Virus record (IMG/VR): IMGVR_UViG_3300031251_000001
Coordinates: 124,001-188,000 of that record
Strand: one strand, 5' to 3'
Length of the DNA: 64,000 bases
Shown: positions 27,141-38,282 of the stretch, piece by piece
How positions within the stretch are numbered: position 1 is the first letter of the stretch
Layout of the letters: every line of letters starts with the position of its first letter
Position numbers and translations under genes: made by a program
The notes under the pieces: model-generated
What the model was told of the DNA's origin: nothing
The model's input: only the letters and a program-made list of their open reading frames with translations
Database searches by the model: none

Positions 27141-29170
27141 CTAGATGTAGTGGTTACCACGCAGGTGGTCACAGAGTTTCTCGACCACAGCGTCATACCA
27201 CTCCTCGCGGGTGTCGTAGTCGGCTTCGTCGGTGTTGAGACCGCTGAGGTCATCGCCATAGCGGTAGTAGAGGTGCTTGGCCTCCAGGATCTCCTGACGG
27301 GCGTCGACTGATCGCACGTGCTGGTAGACCACTGAATCTGCATCCGTGGTTCCCTCGTACTCCTGGAAGAGCCTGTCCTGCTGCTCAGGGTCAAGGTCAT
27401 GGCCCTGTTCAGTGAGGAAGAGCGTGGTGTAGAGGTAGTTGAGTTCGTACGAGGGAGTGACCTCAGCGCAGTTCACGTGGCGGTTGTAGTCATAGACATA
27501 CACCGCCACGACCTTCTCGATGAAGGGCTTATCCACGCTGGGGAAACTGTAGTATTCGGTTTGATCCAGCCCGATCACGCGGAAGTCGGGACGGACTTCG
27601 ACCGTTGGTCGCGTCGCGTCGTTCATAGCCTCTCTCCGTGATGATGTGAGTTTTCGAGATGTGAGCGTAGTAAGAAGGCCAGTCGACGAAGATGCCGACG
27701 CTGGCCAGCTTGTCTGCCGGCATCATGAGCATGTCGCCGGTGTTGGTGTGATAGCCAGGGAAGATGTGCTCTCGGTGCAGCTCGCCGACTTGTTCCCATT
27801 CGGCCCGCTCACCGCGGATGCGGGTGATGCGGATCACCTGGAAGATGTGCGATTTGGCCGTGCTGGGTGTCGGGTCGTGGTTCATGCTGACGTTGTCAAC
27901 AAAGAGGATCTGGCCGACGACCAGGTCAGGCTTCGTTGGTGTAGGAGGCAGCGTCAATACGCTGCCCGTAGGCCTCCTCGAACTTTTCTCGTTGGTTGAT
28001 ATCGAAAAGTTTTTCATCGAAGTCCCAGTCCTCGCAAGGGGCGGAGAAGGTGTCAACGCTCAGGTTGTGTATGTCCGCTTTCCGTAGCAGCTCTCTAAAA
28101 TCGTGACCGACCTGCATCCCGCATTCGGCTAAGTTGCCGAGGTCGCCGAGGTTGAATTGCTCATTGGATTCCATGTAGCAATCGTAGCCCTCTTCCGTGA
28201 GAAACCACTCGTTGAAGATCTCGATCAGCGTAACCTTGAGAACGTCACCTGCGGTGATCTTATCGGAATCCCAAGTGACGGTAGCGTACGCCATGTCACC
28301 AGCTTCCGAGTTCTTGCTGGTGACGTTGATGGTGTGTCGTTTCATGGTTTAGCCTTTTGCTGGAGATAGCCACATTTACAGTGGCCATTGAACAGATCGA
28401 TGCTAGGGCAAGTACACGTCGTCTTGGGTAGCGACTTGATTGTGATGCCCGGCAACGGTATTGGCTGCAGTGGGGTAGGTGTCAGATTGATAGACACGTT
28501 GAGTTGCGGTGCGGCGGGCGGGTTGGCCGGTGGTGCTTTTGTTGAGTTGGGGTTCTTCTTCACCAGGGTGCAATTCTTGACTGGTGCACAGCGAGAAATC
28601 ACAACCGTTTTAGCTCCGCCCCCGAATGTGGATTGGCTGGTCGAAGCGTCGTACCAGATGACATCATCGCAGCTGATACTTCCTTGGTTGAGAAATCCCT
28701 TAAAATCCTTAGTCATCCCGGTGACGATGATCGAGTGACCGACCGCAGGAGTAGCTACCTCATCACCAATCTCGACATCTTCTAAAAGCATTTCAGTCTC
28801 CTTAAACGAAAGCAGGGAGTGGTATATCCACTCCCTGGGCAAGACACAAGAGTCGATGCTAGGCCATCAAGCTGGGCAAAATCTTCAGAGTGCGAATGAG
28901 GCCACGTCGCATGACTGCTCCACCGCCGTCCCGGATCTCCAGTTGGATCTTGTAGTCTCCCGGAGTCGGGAAGGGGTTGTAGATGGTGAGGAAGTCAGCG
29001 GAACTGACCGAACCGGACACCTGGAGGCCATTGATCACCACGATATCGACGTTAACGTCCGGTGACACAACGACCAGCTTGGCTGAGTAACCAGGCGTCA
29101 CCCAGTCCAGCTTGATCCTGACGAAGCGGATTCGACGACCACGTTCACCAGCGTAAATCGGTTGTGCCAT
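27141..29170 (-). other. hypothetical genes 27141..27626, ~27623..28056, 27926..28345, 28342..28842, 28859..29170
   Basis: consecutive minus-strand ORFs; the last one is beta-rich and may be a virion/baseplate protein. Confidence 0.6.
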
Positions 29171-29180
29171 CGCTCACTCC

Positions 29181-30374
29181 TTACTCGTCCACCAGGGTGT
29201 AAAGCTCATCCATGCCGGCGTCGAGTATGGTGATCTCTTTGTCTTGATCGCTACCCATCCCGGCGTCCATTTCGTACATCTCGTCCATGTAATAATTACT
29301 GATGTAGTACCCCCATTCGATGGGTTCTTCTATCTCCACTGTATCATCGTCCACCCGCACGGTGACCCAGTTAACACTGGTGCCGGCAAGCTGAACGTGC
29401 GAAGTACCCAAGAAGAGCACCTTCGTGTGCAGGAGCCCGATGGCCTCTCCCTGCAGCTGTACCGCGCCGACGGCTGCTACCAGGTGACGATGGAACAGAA
29501 GGCTAGCCGGCTGTCCAGCAGCCAAAGTTGATGACACGCCGGCATAGAGTTGCCGTTGAAACAGTAACGTCGCCGCGTGTCCTGTGGCCGATACCGAGGA
29601 CGCACTCAGTGAGAAGACGCGTACCTTACCCAGCCACACTGGTAGGCCAGCAGCGATGACCTGAGAAGCACCCATGTGCAACTGGCGCGAGATGCGCATC
29701 CCCAGCGTGCCGCCGTGCAGCACAACGGAAGAGGCACCCAAACGTAGGACCTTGAGATCGACAAAGGCGAGGTCCTCACCTGCCAGAACCGTATTCTCTC
29801 CAGCCAGGTGGAAATAGCGGGTGTAGGGCATGCGCAGCCCTTGCCCCTGAGCTGTCAGCGACGAGACACCACAATGCAGCACGCGACTATGGAAGAGGTT
29901 AGCACCCTGCCCGGTGAGTGACACAGCGCCAATACCGGCGTACAGTCGACGGCGATGGAAGAGGCCGGCACTGACGCCACTGACGGTCGCTTGACCGGTG
30001 GCCACCTTCAGTAATCGATTGTGCTTGAGGAATGCTCCTATGCCGGCCAGCGTAGTGGCGGAGACCCCCAGGGTGAGGCGTCGGTCATGGAAGAGTGAGA
30101 CAGACTGGCCTGTCAGGCTGACGCTGCCAGCGGCCATCTGTAGCCGCCTGGTCAACGTGAGCGTGGTGCCGAGGCCTGCGAGCGTGACTGCGCCGGTACC
30201 GGCTAGGATCTTACGTGTGACGCTGGCGGTGACACCCTGTCCAGCGAGCTGGACGGCTCCTGTTCCGGCATAGAGATGTGACTGTTTGAGCAGATTCACG
30301 CCGTTGCCGGCAGTGACCACGCTGCCGCCTTGCAGCGGCGTGGTCTCACCAGCTAAAGCTAAAAGAAGGCCCAT
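29181..30374 (-). CDS. repetitive beta-strand virion/tail-fibre-like protein
   Basis: about 26-aa degenerate repeats (H/R-x-L-x-AGxGAVxLxGQxxxL); start MGLLLAL follows AAGGAG. Confidence 0.6.
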   Translation of the reverse strand: MGLLLALAGETTPLQGGSVVTAGNGVNLLKQSHLYAGTGAVQLAGQGVTASVTRKILAGTGAVTLAGLGTTLTLTRRLQMAAGSVSLTGQSVSLFHDRRLTLGVSATTLAGIGAFLKHNRLLKVATGQATVSGVSAGLFHRRRLYAGIGAVSLTGQGANLFHSRVLHCGVSSLTAQGQGLRMPYTRYFHLAGENTVLAGEDLAFVDLKVLRLGASSVVLHGGTLGMRISRQLHMGASQVIAAGLPVWLGKVRVFSLSASSVSATGHAATLLFQRQLYAGVSSTLAAGQPASLLFHRHLVAAVGAVQLQGEAIGLLHTKVLFLGTSHVQLAGTSVNWVTVRVDDDTVEIEEPIEWGYYISNYYMDEMYEMDAGMGSDQDKEITILDAGMDELYTLVDE

Positions 30375-30384
30375 GCCGGCTCCT

Positions 30385-31884
30385 TTACATGAAGAAGCCG
30401 CGAACCGCCACTGAACCTTGGATGACCTGTGAGGCAGTAGCGGTGCCAACCGGCATACGCAGGATGACCGCGAAGTTCTTACCGGCGAAGGTGGGTATGG
30501 GGGTCTCGAAGGAGACGTTGATGTCAGGAGCATTGGCACCGATAGCGGCACCGACAGGAAGCTGGTGCGTGCCGAATGCAGTACGCAGGTGAGCACCCGT
30601 CGACAAATTGGCCGAGGCACCGTTATGGCCCAGGCCCCAGAACAGAAGGCTGGGTGTGGTGGCCACGATGGCACCGGTATTCCAGCAGGTGGCATAAACG
30701 CCGGTACACATGAAGGTGTAGGGCGAGGGCACGGTGAAGCCAAAGAGCACGTAATCGGTGGCGGCACCGGCAACCGCAGCGAAGGAGTAGAGACCGTCCT
30801 TGGTGGTGTAACCGGCGACGGTGTTGGACAGGGTCGCATTGGCGGGAGCGGCGGAATTGGCGAAGGTCGACGTCTGGGTGTAAGCGGTCGGGCTCATGTG
30901 CCCACCCTGACCCAGGAGCGGCATGTGGTAGGCCAACGGCATGTTGATGGCCCAGTCCTTGCAGCTGACGACCACGTCACCGATGACTGTCTGCTGTGCT
31001 GTCAGGGTTGCTGAGGCATTGCAGTTGCGGAAGAAGACCGGGATGTGGGTGACGGCGTTGAACTTGGCGGCAGTGTAAGGTACACGATAAGTAGCGTAGG
31101 CAATGATTGCCCCGGTGGTGGCATCCTGAATCTGGAAGTCAGCCCGGTCGTCGCTCATGATGATGTCAAAGACATAGAAGCGACCGTTCACCAGCAAGTT
31201 GCCGGCGGCACCTGAGCTGTTATCCGCTGGACCATTGAGAGTAAGAGCGATTTCTGTTTCACCGACTGAATTGAAATTAACGACGGCGACCACTGTCTGA
31301 TTGCTCTTCTCGCGGAAGTAAGCACCGTTGGGAATGGCACCCGTGCTGATGGCCGTCGCCGGGATACCAAAGCCAAAGTCGGTCTGACCGTTGGCGTAAC
31401 TGGTGATCTGCAGACGAGCACGGAAATGCAGTGGCCCGAAAGCGATCTTGGAAAACATCTGCTGACTGACGATCATGGCACCCGTGGCGGTGGTCAGCGT
31501 CGAGTTGGCGTTCAGCGTGATGCCGGTAGCAGCCTGCGTGACAGTCTGCGTTGTAACCGTGTTGGTCCAGATCTGGGAGTTCTGGGTAGCGCCTTCGATG
31601 TTGTCACGGAAGACGATGTTCTCCAGGGCCTGCCTGGAATTACCCAGGCGATCGACGCGGAGCGAAGCCAACCATGACTCGTCGGCATAACCGCCGATGG
31701 GAATCGCGATCGGCCCGCTGGCTCCGACCGGGGAGCGACTGACACGGGGAATAGGCCGACCCAGGTGGTCTACCAGGATGGAGTCGAGCAGGCCGTACGT
31801 GCTGCTCTGCTGGAAGTCAGCCCCGGCGTTGTTGGGGCGTCCTGCCATCTGCAGATTACCGGCACCGACTTGTACTCCGAACAT
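30385..31884 (-). CDS. probable tail/virion structural protein
   Basis: 499-aa Thr/Ala/Gly-rich beta protein with a lectin/concanavalin-like middle region, in a structural-type cluster. Confidence 0.6.
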   Translation of the reverse strand: MFGVQVGAGNLQMAGRPNNAGADFQQSSTYGLLDSILVDHLGRPIPRVSRSPVGASGPIAIPIGGYADESWLASLRVDRLGNSRQALENIVFRDNIEGATQNSQIWTNTVTTQTVTQAATGITLNANSTLTTATGAMIVSQQMFSKIAFGPLHFRARLQITSYANGQTDFGFGIPATAISTGAIPNGAYFREKSNQTVVAVVNFNSVGETEIALTLNGPADNSSGAAGNLLVNGRFYVFDIIMSDDRADFQIQDATTGAIIAYATYRVPYTAAKFNAVTHIPVFFRNCNASATLTAQQTVIGDVVVSCKDWAINMPLAYHMPLLGQGGHMSPTAYTQTSTFANSAAPANATLSNTVAGYTTKDGLYSFAAVAGAATDYVLFGFTVPSPYTFMCTGVYATCWNTGAIVATTPSLLFWGLGHNGASANLSTGAHLRTAFGTHQLPVGAAIGANAPDINVSFETPIPTFAGKNFAVILRMPVGTATASQVIQGSVAVRGFFM

Positions 31885-31893
31885 GCGTGACTC

Positions 31894-32184
31894 CTATGCC
31901 CAGGCCCAGGCGACGTTCCACACTCCCGTCAGAGGAATCGTCGAAATTGCTTGAATGGTGAAGCCGTTGTTGGCGATCACCGAGGATCGGGGTACCCAGA
32001 CGGTCAGGGCACCTTCCGATTTGAGGACAGCATGCCCGTCCTCGGTATTGTTGCTTGTTGCCTTGGGGGCGATCCAGCAGTCCACACGGCTGTCAGCCGC
32101 GATGTTCTGACCGGTGATGGCCAGGCTCGCGGCCTGCGTGGGGGATGACCCAAAATCGATAAGTGCTTCACCGCTGGCGGCCAT
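31894..32184 (-). CDS. probable virion protein
   Basis: MAASGEALIDFGS...GVWNVAWAWA; typical small tail-associated protein. Confidence 0.6.
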   Translation of the reverse strand: MAASGEALIDFGSSPTQAASLAITGQNIAADSRVDCWIAPKATSNNTEDGHAVLKSEGALTVWVPRSSVIANNGFTIQAISTIPLTGVWNVAWAWA

Positions 32185-32192
32185 AAGGTCCC

Positions 32193-32630
32193 TTAGCTGG
32201 CGGTGACAGTGAGAACGCCATTGGTATCGTCAAAATCGAGGGAGAGGTTTTCCCCGTCGTTGAGGGTCTGTGACGATCCATAATCCCAGAAGCCGCACAA
32301 GATCTTGTTGGTCGAGGTGTCGTCGTAGAGGACAGCGTACCGAAACGGTCCGATAGCTCCGCCCGACGCGGTCAGCAGGTAATCGGCCAGCTTGGTGGTC
32401 CAGACGTTGGACGCCAGAGCTGCAGCCGAAATGGTCATCGCCGGCCCACCAGCGGAGTAACCAAACCCGGCCGAGATGTCGGTGAGATCCGATTTCTGGG
32501 TATGCGTAGCAGGGTTGGGTGCTGAGTTCGTCAGCATTACCTTGAAGGTATCAGCGCTCAGATCGAGCTGCTTGGTTGCCAGAGCCTGGGCGTAGTAGTT
32601 GAACTTCTGGAACGACTTGGGGGTGGGCAT
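32193..32630 (-). CDS. probable tail structural protein
   Basis: FQKFNYY..A..DLSADTFKVMLTNSAP..ISAGFGYSAGG..GPFRYAVLYDDT..WDYGSS..L.DGE, a widespread phage tail protein pattern. Confidence 0.7.
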   Translation of the reverse strand: MPTPKSFQKFNYYAQALATKQLDLSADTFKVMLTNSAPNPATHTQKSDLTDISAGFGYSAGGPAMTISAAALASNVWTTKLADYLLTASGGAIGPFRYAVLYDDTSTNKILCGFWDYGSSQTLNDGENLSLDFDDTNGVLTVTAS

Positions 32631-32859
32631 GCTGGCTTCCTGCCGTATTAGGTGGTCTTGTCAGCAGGGACAAACTCACCCGCGTACACAGCCTGGTGAC
32701 CAGACCTGATGTAGCGGCTTCCTGGATGATCCTTATCCAGGATTGCACCTTCGGGGGACACGATGATGTCAGCGGTATCCGCAGGCCATTCGACCTGAAG
32801 ACCGCCATGTGTTCCACCTGACAGCACAATAGTCATAACCTGCCTCCAGTTCTGATAGT

Positions 32860-32893
32860 AACACAAACGGCAGGCTAGTTGTCTAGCCTGCCG
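32860..32893 (-). terminator. Rho-independent terminator closing the structural cluster's upstream unit
   Basis: 11-bp stem CGGCAGGCTAG-acaa-CTAGCCTGCCG followed by TTTGTGTT. Confidence 0.65.
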
Positions 32894-33189
32894 CACTTAC
32901 CTGACCCTGCTCTTTATTTTGTGACGATCTGCTTATCGCCATCGAGCTTCTTTTTGATGGCGTCGGTGAGACTGGCCACCTTGCCGTTGGCCCACAACGC
33001 GATCGACTTGAGGGTGCTCTCAGCATCTTCCAGGGACATGCCGACAATGTGATTCTCGGTCGAGGTGACCACAGAATCAACGGCCCGATGCGATAACTCT
33101 TTGTTGGCTTCCGACACGTTCGCGAGCGGAGCCTTGTGCGATGGTTCCATTACTGGGACCTCCTTGGTTAGGTGATGGCGATTGTAGCG

Positions 33190-33519
33190 TTAGACGAGAG
33201 CGGAGTCGAGATGCTTGTCACGGTAACCGGCTGGGTCTTTGACGAACGCCATGGCCCAGTGATAAGTAAAGTTCACCAGCCAATCGCGGCCGGCGAACCT
33301 CGTAGTCTCGAACTTGATCCGCATCTCAGGTTGATTGGCGTGGACCCATCTGGCCCGCTTGTCACAGTGGGCCTGGAACCAACGGATGTCACGCATGCAG
33401 AGCGTAGCTTGGTCATTTGGCCCGAGCGCTTTTCTGACGCGAGCCAGGGCGCCGACGGCGATCACCTTGGGGAGGAGATTGGTCTTTTCCCGGAACTCCC
33501 GACTTGGTGTTGGTTTCAT
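33190..33519 (-). CDS. hypothetical protein
   Basis: 109-aa ORF with GGAGG RBS. Confidence 0.6.
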   Translation of the reverse strand: MKPTPSREFREKTNLLPKVIAVGALARVRKALGPNDQATLCMRDIRWFQAHCDKRARWVHANQPEMRIKFETTRFAGRDWLVNFTYHWAMAFVKDPAGYRDKHLDSALV

Positions 33520-33608
33520 GAAGTTCCTCCAGTTCGTACAATGGCGAAAGCCAAGGCGGTTCTAGTCGCCCTGGCTTTCTAACTCAGCACCCTTTAGGAG
33601 AGGATGCC

Positions 33609-34139
33609 ATGTCTGCTAGACGTTATCCGTCTGCTCGTTATCTTCGTCAATGCTTCAAATACAAAAATGGAAAACTCTTCTGGCGGGAACGTCCGTTAGC
33701 CCACTTCACTAAGCAGAATCTGCACCGAAGATGGAACAGTAGATACGCTGGTAAAGAAGCCGGATCCTTGAGCACGATAGGCAGATACGTGATCGGCTTA
33801 GACGGTCGACGCTACTATCGTTACCGTTTGGTATGGGCTTTGTTTCGAGATGAATGGCCACCTAGACTTGATCACAAAAACAGAAACTCTTACAGCGACA
33901 GTCTCAGCAATTTAAGAGTAGCCACCCACAAGCAAAACCTTTGCAACCGAGGAAAAAGTAAAAACAACACCTCCGGATACAAAGGCGTCTGCTGGGACAA
34001 AGAAAACGATAAGTGGATAGCTCAGATCAGAAGCGACGGTCGAAACTTCAATCTGGGAAGATTCTCCACGATCACTGCTGCGCGCGATGCCTACGTGAAA
34101 GCAGCAAAACACATGCACGGTAAGTTTGCGTGTGTCTAG
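33609..34139 (+). CDS. HNH homing endonuclease with C-terminal AP2 domain (antisense insertion)
   Basis: LDHKNRNSYSDSLSNLRVATHKQN, NNTSGYKGVCW..KWIAQI..NLGRF..AARDAY; AGGAGAGG RBS. Confidence 0.92.
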   Translation: MSARRYPSARYLRQCFKYKNGKLFWRERPLAHFTKQNLHRRWNSRYAGKEAGSLSTIGRYVIGLDGRRYYRYRLVWALFRDEWPPRLDHKNRNSYSDSLSNLRVATHKQNLCNRGKSKNNTSGYKGVCWDKENDKWIAQIRSDGRNFNLGRFSTITAARDAYVKAAKHMHGKFACV

Positions 34140-34144
34140 GTCGG

Positions 34145-34459
34145 CTACAGACTATAAAAGGCCATCCATCGCCTGGTGACGTCGGATGGTCGATCGCGGT
34201 GCATCTCCTGGACGTAGGTGGCACCGTGGGTGGTCAGCGGGTTCTCGAAGAACTTGCCGACCCACCAGGGCTTCTTGGTCTCACTCCAGTTCTCGCGGTC
34301 CTTGCAGCTGTCACCGCAACCGCAGTGGCTGGGACTATCAGATTCCTGGTCAGAGTAGGGGCCGGCTGGAGCGATCAGTTTGTTACGTTTGGCCATGGCG
34401 TTTGCACACTTGGTGCAGTAGACATCACCGTCGATGATCCACGTGTCCGGACTGTTCAT
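34145..34459 (-). CDS. hypothetical phage protein
   Basis: GGAGG RBS directly after palindrome copy 4; YCTKC and HCGC motifs. Confidence 0.7.
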   Translation of the reverse strand: MNSPDTWIIDGDVYCTKCANAMAKRNKLIAPAGPYSDQESDSPSHCGCGDSCKDRENWSETKKPWWVGKFFENPLTTHGATYVQEMHRDRPSDVTRRWMAFYSL

Positions 34460-34472
34460 GTTGCCTCCAACC

Positions 34473-34488
34473 CAAAATACGTATTTTG
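34473..34488. promoter_or_regulatory. dispersed 16-bp palindrome, copy 4
   Basis: exact match; 2 nt after the TAA at 34491, just before the next RBS. Confidence 0.9.
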
Positions 34489-34490
34489 GA

Positions 34491-35012
34491 TTACTTGGTT
34501 TTCTTGGGACGGCCCCGCTTGGGTGACTCGACGAGCGACTTACGGACACCGTTGAGATAATTGGTGTTGAGTAGCTCATAGAGATCATGAGCAAGGCGGT
34601 CACTGGCAGCCACGCAGATCTTCTGCAGGACACGACCGCCGTCATAGACGACTTCACCGGTCAGGGTGAGTTTATTGTCATTACCGTCGATCTTGAAGTC
34701 GTGCAGGTCGGCAAGACCGGGATTGAGCTGGTTCTCTTTCTCTGCGGCGAGAAGTACCACTCTGGATGCCGTGGCACAGCCGTCATGCCGAAAAGATTCG
34801 ACGATGATCGCGGCAGCGTGCTCCTGCAGAGAGTTGAAATTGAAGTAGCGGTTCTTCTCTCGCTGTACCTTCCACTGAGCGATCAGCTCGACAGCCACTT
34901 CATCGACCACCGCAGAGATCAGATCAATCTTGTCGATGACCTCGGAGAATGTGGGAGCATTGGCCACCAACATACCGAGGCGAGCCGCGAGAGCAGAATG
35001 GGTAACTCGCAT
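34491..35012 (-). CDS. hypothetical protein
   Basis: ORF following the ligase, with AAGGA RBS. Confidence 0.65.
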   Translation of the reverse strand: MRVTHSALAARLGMLVANAPTFSEVIDKIDLISAVVDEVAVELIAQWKVQREKNRYFNFNSLQEHAAAIIVESFRHDGCATASRVVLLAAEKENQLNPGLADLHDFKIDGNDNKLTLTGEVVYDGGRVLQKICVAASDRLAHDLYELLNTNYLNGVRKSLVESPKRGRPKKTK

Positions 35013-35020
35013 AGTAGTCC

Positions 35021-36220
35021 TTATTCGTGAGCCAGGCGGAAGGCCTTGGCTTGGGGCATCTTGGGAACACCCTTGCGGGTGAGGCAGAAGTATTTCACGG
35101 TCAGCATCTGACCGATCCACTTCTTGCCTTCCTTGAGGTAGCGACGCTTGTCTTCGTTGTCACCAGGTGCAGTGACCGTGAAAGTTTTCTTTGGGTCGCC
35201 GGGCATCATGCACATGAAGATCGCTTTATCAGCAAAGGTCGACTTACCGGGGCTGACGCCGATAACCTCGAACTCCTTCTCGATCCAGACCTTGCACTTG
35301 TAGAGACCTTTCGATCTCTTGCTGGGATGGTAAGGCAGATCGAGACGGAGCATACAGCCTTCCTGGTGGTCGGCGATACACTCGTCACGGAACTTGATCA
35401 GATCCTCGTGACTATTACACACGAAGGTCGGCGTGAACTTGATGGCTTCATTCGGGAACAGGTCCGTCAATCGGGCCAACTCGCTGAGACGCTTCTCAAG
35501 CGGCAGTTGCGGCAGACTGGGCGTATACAAGTCGTAGACGTGGTAGACCATTTTGGCCTGGAGGTCGGCCCGTTCCTGATTCTTGGCCTCGCCGCGAATG
35601 GTGCCCGAGAGTTCCTCGAAATCGGCATCGGGATCGAACAGCTCACCATCGACGAGGATGAGCTCCTCAAACCGCACGTTGCTCGACTTGCGGTAGGGCT
35701 GGAGGGCCTCGACGATGTGTGGCATGGTAGGAATAGGTTTACTACCGCGACTGAACAGCTTCACGCCATCCTTGGTGATGTGAGCCACACAGCGGTGACC
35801 GTCCCACTTGGGCTGCGTCCACTTCTTACCGGGAGTGGCAAAGATCACCTCGGGTTTGAAGTCCTCATAGGTCTCAGCCAGCATGGGTTGCAGATCACGC
35901 TTCTCGGCGGACTCCTTCCCGGTAGCGTCCTGGCTGTAGCCCTTGCTGTCGAGCTTCTTCTGCCACTTGGACTGGGCCTCCGCCAGGGCCTGCTCGACTG
36001 CCGTCGTAGCGTTGGCCTTGCCCAGGTTCTTGCCTTCCTTGATGACGTTGCGCTCTTCACGCATCTTCCCGCCCTCACGCCCATACCGGGTCGTGATGAC
36101 GCCGTAGTCACCCTCCTGGGTGACCGTCAGGGTCCAGATTACCGGGTCCCCCACCGAGGCCGCTTTGGTCAGCGGGGGCAGCTGGTGTGGGAGCTTGATC
36201 TTGGGAGCCGTCGTCGCCAT
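35021..36220 (-). CDS. ATP-dependent DNA ligase with N-terminal WGR-like domain
   Basis: QPMLA, QPKWDGHRC (KxDG), LVDGELF, YHVYDL, EGCMLR, YKCK, KMPQA. Confidence 0.93.
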   Translation of the reverse strand: MATTAPKIKLPHQLPPLTKAASVGDPVIWTLTVTQEGDYGVITTRYGREGGKMREERNVIKEGKNLGKANATTAVEQALAEAQSKWQKKLDSKGYSQDATGKESAEKRDLQPMLAETYEDFKPEVIFATPGKKWTQPKWDGHRCVAHITKDGVKLFSRGSKPIPTMPHIVEALQPYRKSSNVRFEELILVDGELFDPDADFEELSGTIRGEAKNQERADLQAKMVYHVYDLYTPSLPQLPLEKRLSELARLTDLFPNEAIKFTPTFVCNSHEDLIKFRDECIADHQEGCMLRLDLPYHPSKRSKGLYKCKVWIEKEFEVIGVSPGKSTFADKAIFMCMMPGDPKKTFTVTAPGDNEDKRRYLKEGKKWIGQMLTVKYFCLTRKGVPKMPQAKAFRLAHE

Positions 36221-38282
36221 GTGCCATGCCTCTGAAATCGAACAACTGGCCCAGGATAGGATGACTCATCATCATGGGGGCCAGCTTGCCCTTACGTGGT
36301 TTAACGTCCTGGAACCGGAGCTCGGCCAGGCGTGAGAGTTCGTTGACGACACTCAGGATGAGCGTCGACATCATGTCGGGATCACTCGCAATGGAGGGAT
36401 CAATGGTTAAGTCGAGAAGGCTGAACGGGGCGACCGCCGCCTTACCACTGACAAGCCCGGTGGGGTGTTTGTATTCCACCGGGCCGATGACGGACGACAT
36501 AGGGTCTACTTTCCTTCGAGCGCTGCCGCCAGCTTGGCCAGCTCGGCGGGAACGTCCTCGAACTTTTCGGGGGCGGGGCAGAGAGCGAAACACTTAATGT
36601 TCTCGACGGAATAGAGACGGAAGTTGACATCGGCCAGTTCACCCGTCTTCTTCTTGCTGCTGAGGATGAGCTCGGCCTCGGCGGTAGGGATCTCGGTTCC
36701 CTCGCTGTCGTAGTAGGTGGCCTTCTCCGGCCCCTTCATCTGATCGAGGCAGATGTAGAGCTTTTCGGGTGTCTTGATGTTCTGGTGGATGGGGGTAGGG
36801 CCACCGTCTGAAGCATTCTTGACCATCTGGTGGTAAGGAGCCCGCGCAGGCTTGAGGGGTGCTACCGTGTCGGCCGCGATGGCAGCGTTGACCTTTTCTT
36901 TAGCCTCACGCTCGCGGGCGATCGACTTATCGAAGATGAGCTGACCCACGACGACGGATCGCTTGAACACCTCAGCAGCGGTAACCGTATCCTCGGGCTT
37001 GAGGACGACCATGGCGATCAGAGTTGGCTTGTTGGGCAGGTTGGTGCAGATGGCAGCAATTGGTTGATTCTCGACGAACAGATCCATAATCAATTCCTAG
37101 ATAAAGAAGAGGGAAGCCAGGCCGCTTTCGCGGCCCGCTCCGCCTTCGGGTTAGATGATGCCCAGGAGCTTCAGCCCCTGGACGATATAGGGTAGGGCCA
37201 GAGTGAGAGCAGCCGTGGTCAGGAAATAACCACAGCAGTAGCCGGCTGTGTAGATCAGCAGGCGACGCCATTTGGCTTTGATCAGAGCAGCTTGTTGTTC
37301 CTTGCGGACAACGCTGACTTCGTGCAGGATGCGGGTAACATTCAGAGTGAACTCAGCAGACATGGTCAACCCCTTGTAGGTAAGTGTGCGTTAGGTGCCG
37401 TTCATCAGTTATGACGCATAACGCCTCCCAGTTTAGTTGGGGTTTTCGTCCTCCACCCGTTCCGATTCTCTGGCTCCCTCCAGGGTGAAGGCTCGTACGT
37501 TCTCGGCGTTGATGTCCATCGCCAAGCGGATCCAGAGGCTACCCTCATAGAACTCAAAGTAGGCAGGGGAGCCGTAACCCTCAACCGCGGTCTTCTCACC
37601 GTAACCGTTGAAATAGAGTTCCAGGAATTGATCGTTGTTGAGAACGGCCTTACCGGTCACGTGCCCATCACAGTCGGGCGAGTGGTCGATGAGCTTGAAG
37701 AAGAAGGTCCGCTTCAGCCGGCGGAACTCGCGATCGCGGACGTAGATGTCCACGATGATGGCAATCAGGATGGCAAAGAGCAGGATGCCGATAACAATGA
37801 CCATGTGGGCCTCATGGAGTTAAGTGAAGTTTCAGAACAGGGGTACCAGGGATGCAGTAACCGGTGTCGGGGTCTTCGGTGATGTGCGAGACCACGGCCA
37901 GCGGCGTCTTGTCTTCGTACTCCTGGTTGTAGAGCTCCTGGGACATCCCAGGATGCCACTCGGCGATTTGGTAGTGCATCTCGCGCATCTTCTGGGCGAG
38001 CTGCATGGCGTTGACGACGGCACAGGTGTTGGTAGCGATGAAACCGCTGTGCAGCATCTTGTGCCAGTTCTGCTTGTTACGAACCTGGAAGTAGATGAAG
38101 TAGCGGGTGTGTGGCTTCCACACCCCGACGAGGGGCTCGTAGACCCAGCGGGTTTCCCCTTCCAGGTGGATCGCCTTCTTGCGGTCCCATTCGATCTTGC
38201 CGCCGTAGAACTCCACCCGAACCGGGCACTCCAGGGCGTGTTCCAGGGGAGGAACGATCCGCTGACAATTACATTGAGACAT
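36108..38282 (-). other. hypothetical genes 36108..36500, 36506..37093, 37151..37369 (membrane), 37433..37804 (membrane-anchored), 37812..38282
   Basis: consecutive minus-strand ORFs with RBSs. Confidence 0.6.

Noticed and set aside
35027-36235. Long plus-strand ORFs (also 27..695, 10187..10981, 13692..14528, 24553..25299, 49417..50250)
   Set aside because: Antisense shadows of clearly recognisable minus-strand genes (ligase, C5 MTase, C26 protein etc.), as expected in GC-rich DNA; no motifs or RBSs
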